Virus record (IMG/VR): IMGVR_UViG_3300035164_000372
Coordinates: 1 to 28,638 of that record
Origin: a virus
Lineage: Duplodnaviria > Caudoviricetes
Reading direction: 5' to 3' (one strand)
Length of the DNA stretch: 28,638 nt
How positions within the stretch are numbered: position 1 is the first letter of the stretch; every line of letters starts with the position of its first letter. Made by a program: the position numbers and the translations under genes. The notes below the pieces were generated by a model that made no database searches, was not told the origin of the DNA, and saw nothing but the letters and a program-made list of their open reading frames with translations. Positions 6,640 through 16,434 of the stretch are shown here, one piece after another.

Positions 6640-9063
6640 CTAAACCAAAGCTCCTATACCGCCCATTTCGCGCATAGCAATCTCTCGATCTTTTTCATTA
6701 GGCAATACAGCTGGTGACACCGCTACCTCTTGTGTTTCTGAGGTTATAGTGGGCAGATTGAAATCTTCTATTTGCGACTCTAACTTTGTATCAGGTAATA
6801 ATTTGCCGGCCACTTCTTGGTTAGCTACCTCGCGGAACGCTCTTTCATTAGGAGCAGAAGTTTCTACTGGTAAAGCTGAGGTAGAGTTATGCTCAGGTAA
6901 AGGCTCTATCGTTTCGACCGACAGGCCCTCGGTTATAGCTCTGACCTCTTCTCTAATATCTGGATTTAATTCGAAGATCTGATAAAGACGTCTTACGTGT
7001 TGACCAAAGCTATTCGGGTCATAAGCGGCTTTTTGGACTCCCTCAGTTAACCACTTAACAAAAGACTTATTAGTTAACAATTTAGCAGATACATAAGGCG
7101 CTACCACAGCGCTCAAGCCGTACTCAAAACCTTCACCGCCAAAAGCTCGGAAGCCAACATCAGCTGTTCCTATACCAAAAACACCCAAAGCACTCAATAC
7201 TCTAGCGGTACCACTTGGGTTAGCCATTTGATCTGCTGACCTACCTATTCTTTCAACTGTTGAAACTAAGGCGTCTAGTTCTGGCACTAGATCAGCATGT
7301 TCCGTTTGTTTGAAAAGAGCCTCTTTTGCTTCTTTACTTAAATTATTCCAGTTTGATAAAAATCTTCTGGGCGAGAAACCTTGTTCTGCTATGTACTCAG
7401 AACCCTCTCTAACAGCAGCCTCGCCTAATTCAGCAGCACTTGCCATACCAGGGGTTGGTAATCCCATACGGCCTAACATGTACCCAGATAAAACATTGTA
7501 TTCATCCGCGTCTAACATCTGACGTAATTTTATTAAATCTTCTCCACCATCTTTAGCTCCTCTTAACACATAATTAAGAGCATCTGTTGTTCTTGCTCCG
7601 CCTTTGTCAATTACATTGTTTAAATATGCAAGGCCACCTTTTTTTGATGTGTTTTCTTTCACAAAACGATTTGCAGCATTATAAGCAGCTTTAGCACCAC
7701 GTCCGCCACGGGCCACTAAATTGTCTAGATCTTTTGTAACGTAACCATACAACTCTTTTATTTTTTGTCCGGGTGCGTCCAACTTAGCACCAGCAGCCTG
7801 AGCTGAACGTAAGTTGTGTCCTAAACTGCTTCTAAACTCTTTGAGTTGTTTGTAAGTAAGCACGCCGTCTTTTGCGTCTTTAACGACTTTTTCTGCTAAA
7901 CGTAAAGCCGGATCCACTACATCTTTGCTTGTCGCTCTTGTAGAAGCGGCTAAATATTTATTAACAAACTCGACTGTGGCCGAAGCGTCTGAAACTAGAT
8001 TTTCCGGCATAAGATCATCAACTTTGTTATACATCAGGTCCACTTTGTTGTCGTATCTGATACGAGCAGCTCTGGCGCCATCCATTAATGCTTCTGCGGC
8101 CTCAGACGTAGTTCTAACACCGCCAAACTTTTCAGCTAATTCTTTAGTGAAAACATCCATTTGTTGTAAGGCTTGCGCTGCGTTGTCATGCATAATTTTT
8201 GTAGAAGATGGTGCGGCGGCCAATCCTTGCTCCATCAGTTGCAAAGTAACGTTACCAGTAACCATGCCAGCGCTAGGGTCAGTTACGCCAATAGTTTCCA
8301 TATTTTTTAAAGCTTTTGTAGCATCTGGAGCAGTTGCACCTGACATGTATCTGATTGGTGCGCCAGAAACATATTTAACACCTCGTATAACACCGCTTGC
8401 AATAGGACCACCTACTGCATTGATTCCAGCAGTTGTCGTAAAATCAACCAAACGTTCAGAAGCAATCCTGTTATCCTCTGTTTCACCAAAAAAATCTAAA
8501 ATACCAATGTAAGCCTCTCTTGCCAAAGCGCTACCCGCGGCCTCACCCGCTATGAAGCCAGCCGTTCCACCAGCAATAGTCCCGCCTATGGGTAAAGCTA
8601 ACGTCCCGCCAGCAGCTCCGACCTTAGCTCCTACAATTCCTCCGCCTATGGCACCAGCAGTCTCTGCTATTTCTGGGCCAACATCTACAAAATCTCTTAA
8701 ACCAGGCACAGAAAATCCAAACAATTTCAGATCCTCGTCAAACAAAGTTAGCTGGCCAGTTTCTGGATTTGTAAACACAAAATTACCTCGACCAAATCTA
8801 GTAGCTCCGTTATCTGGATCAAAAGCCTCAACCGGTAAAGCATCCGGAAAAAAGTTTTTTAAGGTAGCTAATCTATCCTCTGGTGATTGTGCTGCGCTCA
8901 CTGCGGCTCTTACATTAATAGGCGCACCGGTTTTCGTATCAACGGAAGCAACTAATCTTTCCGCGGCTATTTTATCTAATAAAGCATCTTCGTATGAACC
9001 AGGCTCGTCCTCCGGTAACATTGATAGTAGTACGTCAGTTTCAAGATCCTTAAATCCACTCAT
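6640..9063 (-). CDS. Large internal virion/DNA ejection protein (putative)
   Basis: 807 aa, Ala/Gly-rich hydrophobic glycine-zipper segment, MANPSGTA motif, last large gene of the virion module. Confidence 0.65.
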   Translation of the reverse strand: MSGFKDLETDVLLSMLPEDEPGSYEDALLDKIAAERLVASVDTKTGAPINVRAAVSAAQSPEDRLATLKNFFPDALPVEAFDPDNGATRFGRGNFVFTNPETGQLTLFDEDLKLFGFSVPGLRDFVDVGPEIAETAGAIGGGIVGAKVGAAGGTLALPIGGTIAGGTAGFIAGEAAGSALAREAYIGILDFFGETEDNRIASERLVDFTTTAGINAVGGPIASGVIRGVKYVSGAPIRYMSGATAPDATKALKNMETIGVTDPSAGMVTGNVTLQLMEQGLAAAPSSTKIMHDNAAQALQQMDVFTKELAEKFGGVRTTSEAAEALMDGARAARIRYDNKVDLMYNKVDDLMPENLVSDASATVEFVNKYLAASTRATSKDVVDPALRLAEKVVKDAKDGVLTYKQLKEFRSSLGHNLRSAQAAGAKLDAPGQKIKELYGYVTKDLDNLVARGGRGAKAAYNAANRFVKENTSKKGGLAYLNNVIDKGGARTTDALNYVLRGAKDGGEDLIKLRQMLDADEYNVLSGYMLGRMGLPTPGMASAAELGEAAVREGSEYIAEQGFSPRRFLSNWNNLSKEAKEALFKQTEHADLVPELDALVSTVERIGRSADQMANPSGTARVLSALGVFGIGTADVGFRAFGGEGFEYGLSAVVAPYVSAKLLTNKSFVKWLTEGVQKAAYDPNSFGQHVRRLYQIFELNPDIREEVRAITEGLSVETIEPLPEHNSTSALPVETSAPNERAFREVANQEVAGKLLPDTKLESQIEDFNLPTITSETQEVAVSPAVLPNEKDREIAMREMGGIGALV

Positions 9064-9069
9064 AATATT

Positions 9070-9681
9070 CTAATCCTCAAGCAAGCCTCTAGCTTCTAAT
9101 TTTTTTCTTAGCACCTCGTCAGTACGCGCTCTTTTCCTGAGCTCTTCTAAAGCCTCCTCGTTTGTTGCTGATCCACCGCTGGCCGTAACAATTTCTTTTG
9201 TTCTTGTGTAGGCTTCTCCAGCTTGACCACGCATTGCGGCTAAAGCATCCCTCCTAGCTTGTCGTTTATTGACTAAAGTTTCGGCATCGTCACCAAACTG
9301 TGGGAAATAAGTTCGATCAATCCAATCAATTTCAGATTCGTTAATAACGGCACCAGTTTCTTGTCTTAACTGCGCTGTCGAAAAATCTATCTTAGCCCTT
9401 TCGTATTGTTTAAATTTTGGACTATTAAAAACACGCTCTACGGCGTCTGGTACAATCGGTAAGTTGCTAATAACCATGTCATAGACATTGACTGGGTTAA
9501 AACCAGAATTTTCTAGCTCTTCTAATTGTTTTACGGCATTTTCCATACGCACCGCAAACCCAGCTTGTTTCTTCTGTTCTCCAGTAAAAGGATCTTTTAC
9601 TTTTTCAAACCCACTTAATGGTTCTATAACTATATTAGATCTCTCTCGATCTTGTGAGGTCTGTATTGGTGTGAAAGCCAT
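9070..9681 (-). CDS. Putative internal virion protein
   Basis: 203 aa, LRQETGAVINESE...YFPQFGDD motif; lies among ejection-protein genes. Confidence 0.6.
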   Translation of the reverse strand: MAFTPIQTSQDRERSNIVIEPLSGFEKVKDPFTGEQKKQAGFAVRMENAVKQLEELENSGFNPVNVYDMVISNLPIVPDAVERVFNSPKFKQYERAKIDFSTAQLRQETGAVINESEIDWIDRTYFPQFGDDAETLVNKRQARRDALAAMRGQAGEAYTRTKEIVTASGGSATNEEALEELRKRARTDEVLRKKLEARGLLED

Positions 9682-10515
9682 TTAAAAGGTCCCCTCTACC
9701 CCTTCTGGAGATACATAAATCGGCTTACCATCTGCTGTATATCTACCTGTAAAACTGTAAGAGACGCCATCTTCTTGAATGACCGATAAAGGCGGCTCTT
9801 TAGTAGATTCATCTTCAACACCAGCTGTTTCTTCGGTACCAGGTGCTTTTGCTTCGTCAGAAGGCGGAGCTTTTTTCAAAATACCCTCGATGTCTAAGCC
9901 AGGCACTGTAACGGCACTTGCACCTTGCTCTGTTTGTACTATGCTAGTTTTATCTTGTTGAGCAATCGCCACGGCTATTTTATATTCAGGGCTTTCTTTT
10001 AACTTAGGATTTTTCTCAGCTCTTACAATATAAGCCAAAGCTTTACCCAAAGTAGATGAGCCAAAATTAACCTCTTCGCCGCTCTCTAAAGCTAAATCAT
10101 ATTTTTTTTCTAATAAATCTTGAGCTAAAGCCATTTGTTCATCACGGCGTTGTTGCACTTGTTTGTAAGCCAGCGTTGTCAATTCTTGTCGCATTTTATC
10201 TCGCTCTGCTTCTCTCTTGGCGACGCTCTCGTTAAAAGCTTGTAAACCAGCAGTTAGACCTACACCAAAGCCCCCAGGACTTGAAGCACCCGAAACTAAG
10301 CCGGCGCCTATTTCAGAGGCCAGATCAAAAAAATTTTTTTTCCTAGGCTGCGGAAAAATTTTTGCTAACTCTTGTTGTTCTTTTAGCACATCAGCTGCTG
10401 TTACCGGATCTTTTTTTAAGTCAGACATCAAAGCAATTATGTCAGCTGGACTTACTTCTCCACCCGTTGCGAAGACATCTATCTGTTCTGGAATTTGTGC
10501 CCTAGATATTGTCAC
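9682..10515 (-). CDS. Putative internal virion protein
   Basis: 277 aa, N-terminus MTISRAQ, FATGG motif, Gly-rich hydrophobic segment followed by coiled coil. Confidence 0.6.
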   Translation of the reverse strand: MTISRAQIPEQIDVFATGGEVSPADIIALMSDLKKDPVTAADVLKEQQELAKIFPQPRKKNFFDLASEIGAGLVSGASSPGGFGVGLTAGLQAFNESVAKREAERDKMRQELTTLAYKQVQQRRDEQMALAQDLLEKKYDLALESGEEVNFGSSTLGKALAYIVRAEKNPKLKESPEYKIAVAIAQQDKTSIVQTEQGASAVTVPGLDIEGILKKAPPSDEAKAPGTEETAGVEDESTKEPPLSVIQEDGVSYSFTGRYTADGKPIYVSPEGVEGTF

Positions 10516-11609
10516 TTGGCCCCTCCGTAAAGATTACCTAAAGCTCCTAAAGTCGATAAACCCGTACCAATGCCTACTTGCATAGCGCTAGGCGCCGGAG
10601 CAAAATCCGTAAAAGTCTGAAACTGTCCCGCTGGGGCCAACTGCACAAAAGGTGCCAAAGCTTGAAACTGTGCTAATGGAGCTTGTTGCGCTTGCAGCAA
10701 GTTTCTTCTTTGAGCGTCTAATTGTCTTTGTTGTAATGTTTGTTGTTGTGTTCCAATGCCAAAGAGTTGACCTATATCAGCAGCTCTAGCGGCTTGTGCC
10801 TGGGTTCCTAGATTTTGTAAGTTAGAACCCAAACCAAACAACCCTCCTTGTAAGGCTTGTTGGCCTTGGAAAGCCGTGCCCGTTAAACCAGCTAACCCGG
10901 TAGCGGCCGCTCTCTCCGCTGCTCTTTGTCTAGCAAATTCACTTAAACCAGTTCTTTGAGCCTCTGTAAAGCCTCTAGACCTTATCCCGCTTATTGCTTC
11001 GCCTAAACCTCTACCCAGAGCTCTTTGACGCTCTGCGGCCCCTAATCTCGCTCTGGAGCCAAAAGCAGATTCACCGCCTCTGCCTATATCGCCAGCCCTT
11101 GCTGCAATGTCAGCTTGAGCGCCTTGCTCCATAACGTCTCTGATAGTTTGTTGCACTACTCGATCTTCAAATGGATCAAAAAACATGCCAGTCATTCTAG
11201 GATCATAGCCACTCGTGGTTCGACGAAATAAATCTGCTGATTCACCTAGACCTGTTTGCAGTTGTCCTACGCCAGCTCTTAAAGCACCAATACCTTGTCC
11301 ATAAGCTGATTCAGCGTCTTGTAAAAAACGTTGTTGTTGACCTACCGCTTGTCTAGTAAGCTCTTGTGCTCTTAATTGATCTGGAGAAAAGCCAGCAACT
11401 TGTTCTGGAATTACTACAGGCTTGCCTTCGGCATCAAAAAAAGTCCTCTCGGCAGCACGCATAGCGCCCGGTATAAAACCTCCTTTGCCGTCTAAACCAA
11501 ATAATAATTGTTCAGTTAAAGGATCTAGACCAGTGGCAACTTGTTTAACGCCAGATACAAAAGGCATGGTTGGAGGCGTAGCTGGCAAAATTGATTTTAC
11601 CATAACCAT
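10512..11609 (-). CDS. Putative internal virion/pilot (ejection) protein
   Basis: 365 aa, Gln/Ala/Gly-rich helical protein, AFGSRA motif, hydrophobic Gly-rich C-terminus; AGGAG RBS. Confidence 0.65.
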   Translation of the reverse strand: MVMVKSILPATPPTMPFVSGVKQVATGLDPLTEQLLFGLDGKGGFIPGAMRAAERTFFDAEGKPVVIPEQVAGFSPDQLRAQELTRQAVGQQQRFLQDAESAYGQGIGALRAGVGQLQTGLGESADLFRRTTSGYDPRMTGMFFDPFEDRVVQQTIRDVMEQGAQADIAARAGDIGRGGESAFGSRARLGAAERQRALGRGLGEAISGIRSRGFTEAQRTGLSEFARQRAAERAAATGLAGLTGTAFQGQQALQGGLFGLGSNLQNLGTQAQAARAADIGQLFGIGTQQQTLQQRQLDAQRRNLLQAQQAPLAQFQALAPFVQLAPAGQFQTFTDFAPAPSAMQVGIGTGLSTLGALGNLYGGAK

Positions 11610-11629
11610 AAATCACACTCCTGTATTGT

Positions 11630-11671
11630 AAATGGTGCCCCCGGTGCTCGCCCGGGGGACATTTGGGGGGG
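11630..11671 (-). promoter_or_regulatory. GC-rich stem-loop and C7 tract in the 5' region of gene 11609
   Basis: AAATG..CCCCCGG-loop-CCGGGGG..CATTT inverted repeat (11630-11664) and G7 run on + strand (11665-11671); no U-tract. Confidence 0.55.
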
Positions 11672-11690
11672 AGAATTAAATATTATCATA

Positions 11691-14204
11691 TCACGAAGGT
11701 TTAGCTTGTTCACTGAAAGTATCCATAACCTTATACATAACGTCCATGCCTCTTTCCCTGTCCTCTTCTAAACTAGGTATTAAATTGATGATTCCACCTG
11801 GCTCTGTTTTCATTTCATAAGAACCAGCGCCTCTCACTGCTCTAGCTGTCATTACAAACTCACCATCCGAAAGCATTGCTGGTATGTCGTCACTTTGTTC
11901 TGTGCCTGGACCATTGATGTCGCCGTCCATCGGTGGAAAGTTGTTAGGATCCATTTCGCCGCCTTCTTGCATAGCCACGGCCCCGCCTTGTGCAAAAGCC
12001 ATAATGCCACCGCCCATGGCTCTTTGAACCACATCTGTTTGTCTGAACGGATTATTATATAATTGGCGAGCGCCAAAATGGTCAAATCCATTAGCTAATT
12101 GATCTAAACCTACGTTACGCGCTTCTGCTAAATCATTGTCATAAGCATCTGCCATAGCAGCTCTTTGTTCTGGTTTTAAAGTATCGACAAGCTGAGGCGC
12201 TAATATTAAAGTTCTTAAAAGGCTAGTCAATCTCGGATTACCGCGCACAAACTCTCTGCTTTCTTTTACCATTATGTTAGATGGTTGGCTGATAAAATCA
12301 TCTACGACCTTATCGTAAACCGCTCCTCCCTCTTGCATGCCTTGAGCCATACCGCCCTCTAATTCTTCTATAGCGCCTCCCAATGAAGCCATCACCGGCG
12401 GATCTCCTACTACAGAATATTCGCTTAAGTTGACGGGAGACATGCTAGGTTCACCTGTTGAAGCTACAGCTGGATTAGCTCCTGAGAGCTCAGGAAAAGT
12501 GTTTGCCGGAGCCAAACCAAATTCTATCGGGTTGGGTATAGGCTGGCCTGTTCTTCTTGCTATTTCAGCCTCTATATTGTATCTACCCGTGGGACTCATT
12601 GTAGTAAGTGGAGTCAAAGGCACACCTTTTTGTTTTTGCGCGTCTTTGTAAGCTAATCTTCCCAAACCATAAGCTAACCCACCTATGCCAAGATTCCTAG
12701 CTAAACCACCAAAACCGCCAAAACCGCCCCCACCTCCGGCGCCTCCGCCTCCGCCTGTTAAACCTAAATTAGCAAACAAACCTCTGTTATCCTGTCCTGG
12801 TAAAATAAACTCTCCAGCTCTACGGAAAAATCCGCCTATACCGCCGCCACCAGTGCCAGGAATAGCTAAGTTTTGTCCAGCAAAAATCATATTCCTGTTA
12901 GCTATGCTTGGATTAGCTTTTACTAATGCGTCTACAGTGGTGCCAGTCCTAGAAGCTATTTGACTGAGAGTGTCACCAGGTTGGATCGTGTAATTTGCTC
13001 CTGGGTTAATACCAGGCGTAGTTGGGCCACCAAAAAAAGATCCTATGCCTTTTCTGATGTTGCCGAACAAACCTACCTTATCGGTGCCAGGCAAAATAAA
13101 TTCTTTAGCTCTATTAAAAAATCCGCCTATGCCTCCAGCTCCGCGTATACCACCAGCTACCGCAGAACCTATGCCTCCTAAAGCCGCACCTTTAAGCGCG
13201 CCTTTTATACCGCCACCACTTACAGCTCCGCCAAGACCACCTATTAAAGCTGCTGTGGCACCACCAGTAAATGGAGCTGCAATCAAACCAGCGTAAGGTG
13301 CTACTTTTTTTACTACTTTTTTTATACCTTTGAAAACTTTTTTTAAGAAAAATTGTTGTAAGCCGGTTGTTGGATTCAAAGAGCCTATACCACCGACCAC
13401 AGCCTCTTCCGGATTTATGCCGCTTTCATCAAACTTTTTTTCTACTTGATCTGCAAACTCATCATCTTCTAAAAATTCAGGCGGCAAGACTACTTCACCT
13501 AGTCTAAGGTGTGCTAATTCTGTATCTTCTTTTAAGCCTTGCTCCCTTAATGCTTTTGCTAACCCACCTAATGGAGCAGCCTCTAAAGCAGCCTCTTGTT
13601 TCAACAGCCTATCTATTGTTTCTTGTTCCTCTTCATCTGGACTCTCTATTAATGAATCCAAGCCTTGGGCCATAACCCCACCTTCTAGTATAGTTTTTGC
13701 TTGTTCCCTAAGAGCTGGATCCACCGCAGAACCCATATCCATAGGATCCACCGCAGAACCCATATCCAAATCAGGCAAACTACGAGGCATAAGCATAGGG
13801 TCAGGCATAGGTACTGACCTAGGAATTGAGTTAGGATCTAGCCTGGGCGTAGGCATAGGTACTGACCTAGGAATTGCGTTAGGATCTGGCTCGGGCGAAG
13901 GCATAGGCACTGACCTCGGAAATTCTGATCCCTCTGGCGGTATCAGTTCTAAATCTTTTGGCCTATAAATACCCTCAGCTCTATCCTCAATACCATTTCG
14001 ATTTACGTCTCTAAACTCTAAAGTCTGTGCTGATTTAGGCCTCATGTTTGAAGGGATAGGTGTGCCGTCTATAAATCTATTAGGATTTTCTTCTGCTCGC
14101 CTTAAAAAATCCGTCGCCGCATCTATTTCTTGGAATCGTTCTCGAATTGGGCTTACTCTTTGCAACTTGAAAACTTTTCTTAAACTTTCTTCTAATGCAC
14201 TCAT
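11691..14204 (-). CDS. Multidomain virion protein with LysM domain, Pro-rich repeats and tape-measure-like C-terminal motif
   Basis: LysM YTIQPGDTLSQIASRTGTTVDALVKANPSIANRNMIFAGQNLAIP (about 12858-12992); GPGTEQSDDIPAMLSDGEFVMTARAV; multiple xxGG motifs. Confidence 0.8.
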   Translation of the reverse strand: MSALEESLRKVFKLQRVSPIRERFQEIDAATDFLRRAEENPNRFIDGTPIPSNMRPKSAQTLEFRDVNRNGIEDRAEGIYRPKDLELIPPEGSEFPRSVPMPSPEPDPNAIPRSVPMPTPRLDPNSIPRSVPMPDPMLMPRSLPDLDMGSAVDPMDMGSAVDPALREQAKTILEGGVMAQGLDSLIESPDEEEQETIDRLLKQEAALEAAPLGGLAKALREQGLKEDTELAHLRLGEVVLPPEFLEDDEFADQVEKKFDESGINPEEAVVGGIGSLNPTTGLQQFFLKKVFKGIKKVVKKVAPYAGLIAAPFTGGATAALIGGLGGAVSGGGIKGALKGAALGGIGSAVAGGIRGAGGIGGFFNRAKEFILPGTDKVGLFGNIRKGIGSFFGGPTTPGINPGANYTIQPGDTLSQIASRTGTTVDALVKANPSIANRNMIFAGQNLAIPGTGGGGIGGFFRRAGEFILPGQDNRGLFANLGLTGGGGGAGGGGGFGGFGGLARNLGIGGLAYGLGRLAYKDAQKQKGVPLTPLTTMSPTGRYNIEAEIARRTGQPIPNPIEFGLAPANTFPELSGANPAVASTGEPSMSPVNLSEYSVVGDPPVMASLGGAIEELEGGMAQGMQEGGAVYDKVVDDFISQPSNIMVKESREFVRGNPRLTSLLRTLILAPQLVDTLKPEQRAAMADAYDNDLAEARNVGLDQLANGFDHFGARQLYNNPFRQTDVVQRAMGGGIMAFAQGGAVAMQEGGEMDPNNFPPMDGDINGPGTEQSDDIPAMLSDGEFVMTARAVRGAGSYEMKTEPGGIINLIPSLEEDRERGMDVMYKVMDTFSEQAKPS
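13717..13922. repeat. In-frame tandem repeats (27 bp x2 and 48 bp x about 2.5)
   Basis: GGATCCACCGCAGAACCCATATCC twice (DMGSAVDP); GGCATAGG[T/C]ACTGACCT[A/C]GGAA three times (PRSVPMP). Confidence 0.9.
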
Positions 14205-14512
14205 GGTGTACTCACTGTAACTGTACCTAAACTCATTGTAACAGACAATCCAGACAAGTATGTTTGATGTTCGTATAAGTTTCTAAACTCGGTCCCATCA
14301 AAAGCTTGGTGAACCTCTATTGTAGAGTTAAATATAATCGCTCCAGTAGCAAATTGCAATTCGCTAATCTCTGTGGAGCTAAAAACCGGTATGGCGTCCG
14401 GATCAGAGGATCCTAGATTTATTTCCAAGACTCTAATTAATCTGTTAAAGGTGTCAACACTTACAGTCTGTCCCTCAGCTATTGGCAATCTAGTTGGTAA
14501 TAGTTTACTCAT
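14201..14512 (-). CDS. Small putative virion protein
   Basis: 103 aa, coupled to both neighbours, beta-rich C-terminus SLGTVTVSTP. Confidence 0.7.
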   Translation of the reverse strand: MSKLLPTRLPIAEGQTVSVDTFNRLIRVLEINLGSSDPDAIPVFSSTEISELQFATGAIIFNSTIEVHQAFDGTEFRNLYEHQTYLSGLSVTMSLGTVTVSTP

Positions 14513-16405
14513 TTATCTCCTTCCAGATGGCTGTATCTCAACTCTTGTGCTACCTAACCTCCACTTGAAATTTTTTCTGTCTATTTCTGAGTTGTCGTCG
14601 TCTGATTCAAAACGTAATACGAATTGTCGAGTGCGGGATCTTAACGAACCAAAAGTGCTATTTGTAGTTATTTGTGAAGTAGAATCAGTAGACAAAGTTT
14701 GATTATTAAAATCACGTCTTTTTACCACTATATTTAAGGCCGGATTTTGGCTAGTACCAGGATCGTTGACAAAAAGAATATCTGGTAAGATTTTACTCAA
14801 AAATACAAAATTGTCGCCATCGCCTACATCTAAATCTGCTGATTCAACAAAAACTCCGTCCATGCTGCCAGTATCGTCATTGAAACCTCTTTCGTGTTCA
14901 AAAATAAATTTAGAGGAAGAGATTTCACCGGCAGCCAAAGGCCTGTTTTGTATTCCAGAAGCCAGCCAACTATATCTCTCTAATGTGCCAATACTCCAAG
15001 TATTTTCTTCATAGTTGTAAATAACGTATCTGGAAATTTCCCTTTCATTATCAGTAGTAGATGGATAAAAAAACCAAATTTCAGAAAATTCTTCATTCAA
15101 ACCAGCAAAACATTTAAAAGCCTGTGATTCGTCTAAATCTGAAAAAACATAATCTTGCACAGAACAAGGTAACTTTTGCACAGACCCGTTATAAAAATAA
15201 AATCCTTTTTTTGACATAAAAAATACGCCTTTTGGACTATTCACTGCTGACTTTGGACTAAGCAGCCCTACACCCTCATTTATAAGATTTAAAGCAAAAG
15301 TAAGCGGCGGTCCTATAAAGTTCATGGAGTACAACGAAGTATCTGTCCAAATTAATATTTCTTGTCTTGATTTTATGCCGCCAATAATTTGGGAACCAGA
15401 TGATAAACGCAAAGATCCAGCTGTGTTTGTGCTCAAAGGCTCAAATTCTAAGGGATTTTCTTGGTCACTGAAAACTACTAACATTGGATCAATTAAACCA
15501 GTTCTTGCCCCACTGTCGATTGGATCTGCTCCTAATACTATCAAATGTCTGTCCACCTCAGATGTAATAACTTGTAACGCTTTTGTTGGTACCAGGTTTG
15601 CTCCAGACGTTGTTGAAAGCTGTACCGATCTATTATTTGTACCATTGTTTTCTACCCATCTAAAAATACCAGAACCTCTGGGGTTTATTATCAAATCCTC
15701 TCCATAATTATCGTGTGTCCACAAACGTAATTGACTTGTTCCACCCAATGATGAAGCGCTACCCCAGCCACCAGCACCCCAAGTGCTCGCACCCCAACCG
15801 GTGGACTCAACAAAAAAATCTAAACCTGAATTTTCTTGATATGCCGCATCTGTTGCAGAACCTCCGTCACCTGTATCGCTTGAATTAGCTGTCACTGCAA
15901 CTCCAGAAGTATTTTTAGCTGTAATTTCGTATGTATTTGTACCCGATACTAAATCAACTTGATACTCTTGATTCAAGACCGCAGAGTTTATATTACCCCC
16001 TAAAGAAACAGCGCTTGAAAAAGTAACAAAATCTCCGTTCACTGCTCCATGATTTGCGTCGGTAACAGTTAGTGTAGATGAGCCATTAGTGGCTGCAAAA
16101 GTAGCAGTATTAGTTGTGTTTTTTCTGATAGGCGTAATATCGTAATATGTGCCACCTTCCTCAACATAGTATTTATTAGTAGTGCCTATACCTAAGTATT
16201 TTGATCCAGCTAATGAGATCCAGGAATGTAAAGCTCTAGCAGAACCAATTATTGAAGAGGGTGAAAACTTTTGCCAACCGCCAATCTTTTCAACATTTCC
16301 CTTACGAAAACGTATTTTGTCTCCGTCTACCCAACCACCTTCATTAGAGTAATCGGTTTCTTCTTTATTTATTCCAGGCTTAAAATTTAATTTGGTTAGA
16401 GGCAT
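14513..16405 (-). CDS. Putative tail nozzle/packaged-DNA stabilisation protein
   Basis: 630 aa beta-rich protein, MPLTKLNFKPGINKE...WVDGDKIRF...EKIGGW N-terminus; lies between adaptor and ejection genes as in P22/T7-like podoviruses. Confidence 0.68.
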   Translation of the reverse strand: MPLTKLNFKPGINKEETDYSNEGGWVDGDKIRFRKGNVEKIGGWQKFSPSSIIGSARALHSWISLAGSKYLGIGTTNKYYVEEGGTYYDITPIRKNTTNTATFAATNGSSTLTVTDANHGAVNGDFVTFSSAVSLGGNINSAVLNQEYQVDLVSGTNTYEITAKNTSGVAVTANSSDTGDGGSATDAAYQENSGLDFFVESTGWGASTWGAGGWGSASSLGGTSQLRLWTHDNYGEDLIINPRGSGIFRWVENNGTNNRSVQLSTTSGANLVPTKALQVITSEVDRHLIVLGADPIDSGARTGLIDPMLVVFSDQENPLEFEPLSTNTAGSLRLSSGSQIIGGIKSRQEILIWTDTSLYSMNFIGPPLTFALNLINEGVGLLSPKSAVNSPKGVFFMSKKGFYFYNGSVQKLPCSVQDYVFSDLDESQAFKCFAGLNEEFSEIWFFYPSTTDNEREISRYVIYNYEENTWSIGTLERYSWLASGIQNRPLAAGEISSSKFIFEHERGFNDDTGSMDGVFVESADLDVGDGDNFVFLSKILPDILFVNDPGTSQNPALNIVVKRRDFNNQTLSTDSTSQITTNSTFGSLRSRTRQFVLRFESDDDNSEIDRKNFKWRLGSTRVEIQPSGRR

Positions 16406-16420
16406 GGAATGATTCTAACA
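16406..16420 (-). promoter_or_regulatory. Extended -10 promoter, leaderless start
   Basis: TGtTAGAAT (16420-16412), 6 nt before ATG 16405; no SD sequence in between. Confidence 0.5.
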
Positions 16421-16434
16421 TATCTAAAGGTGCT

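Noticed and set aside
13717-13922. 48-bp period repeats as a possible mini-CRISPR or DGR template/variable pair
   Set aside because: In-frame coding repeats with similar intervening sequence; no reverse transcriptase or adenine-specific variation seen
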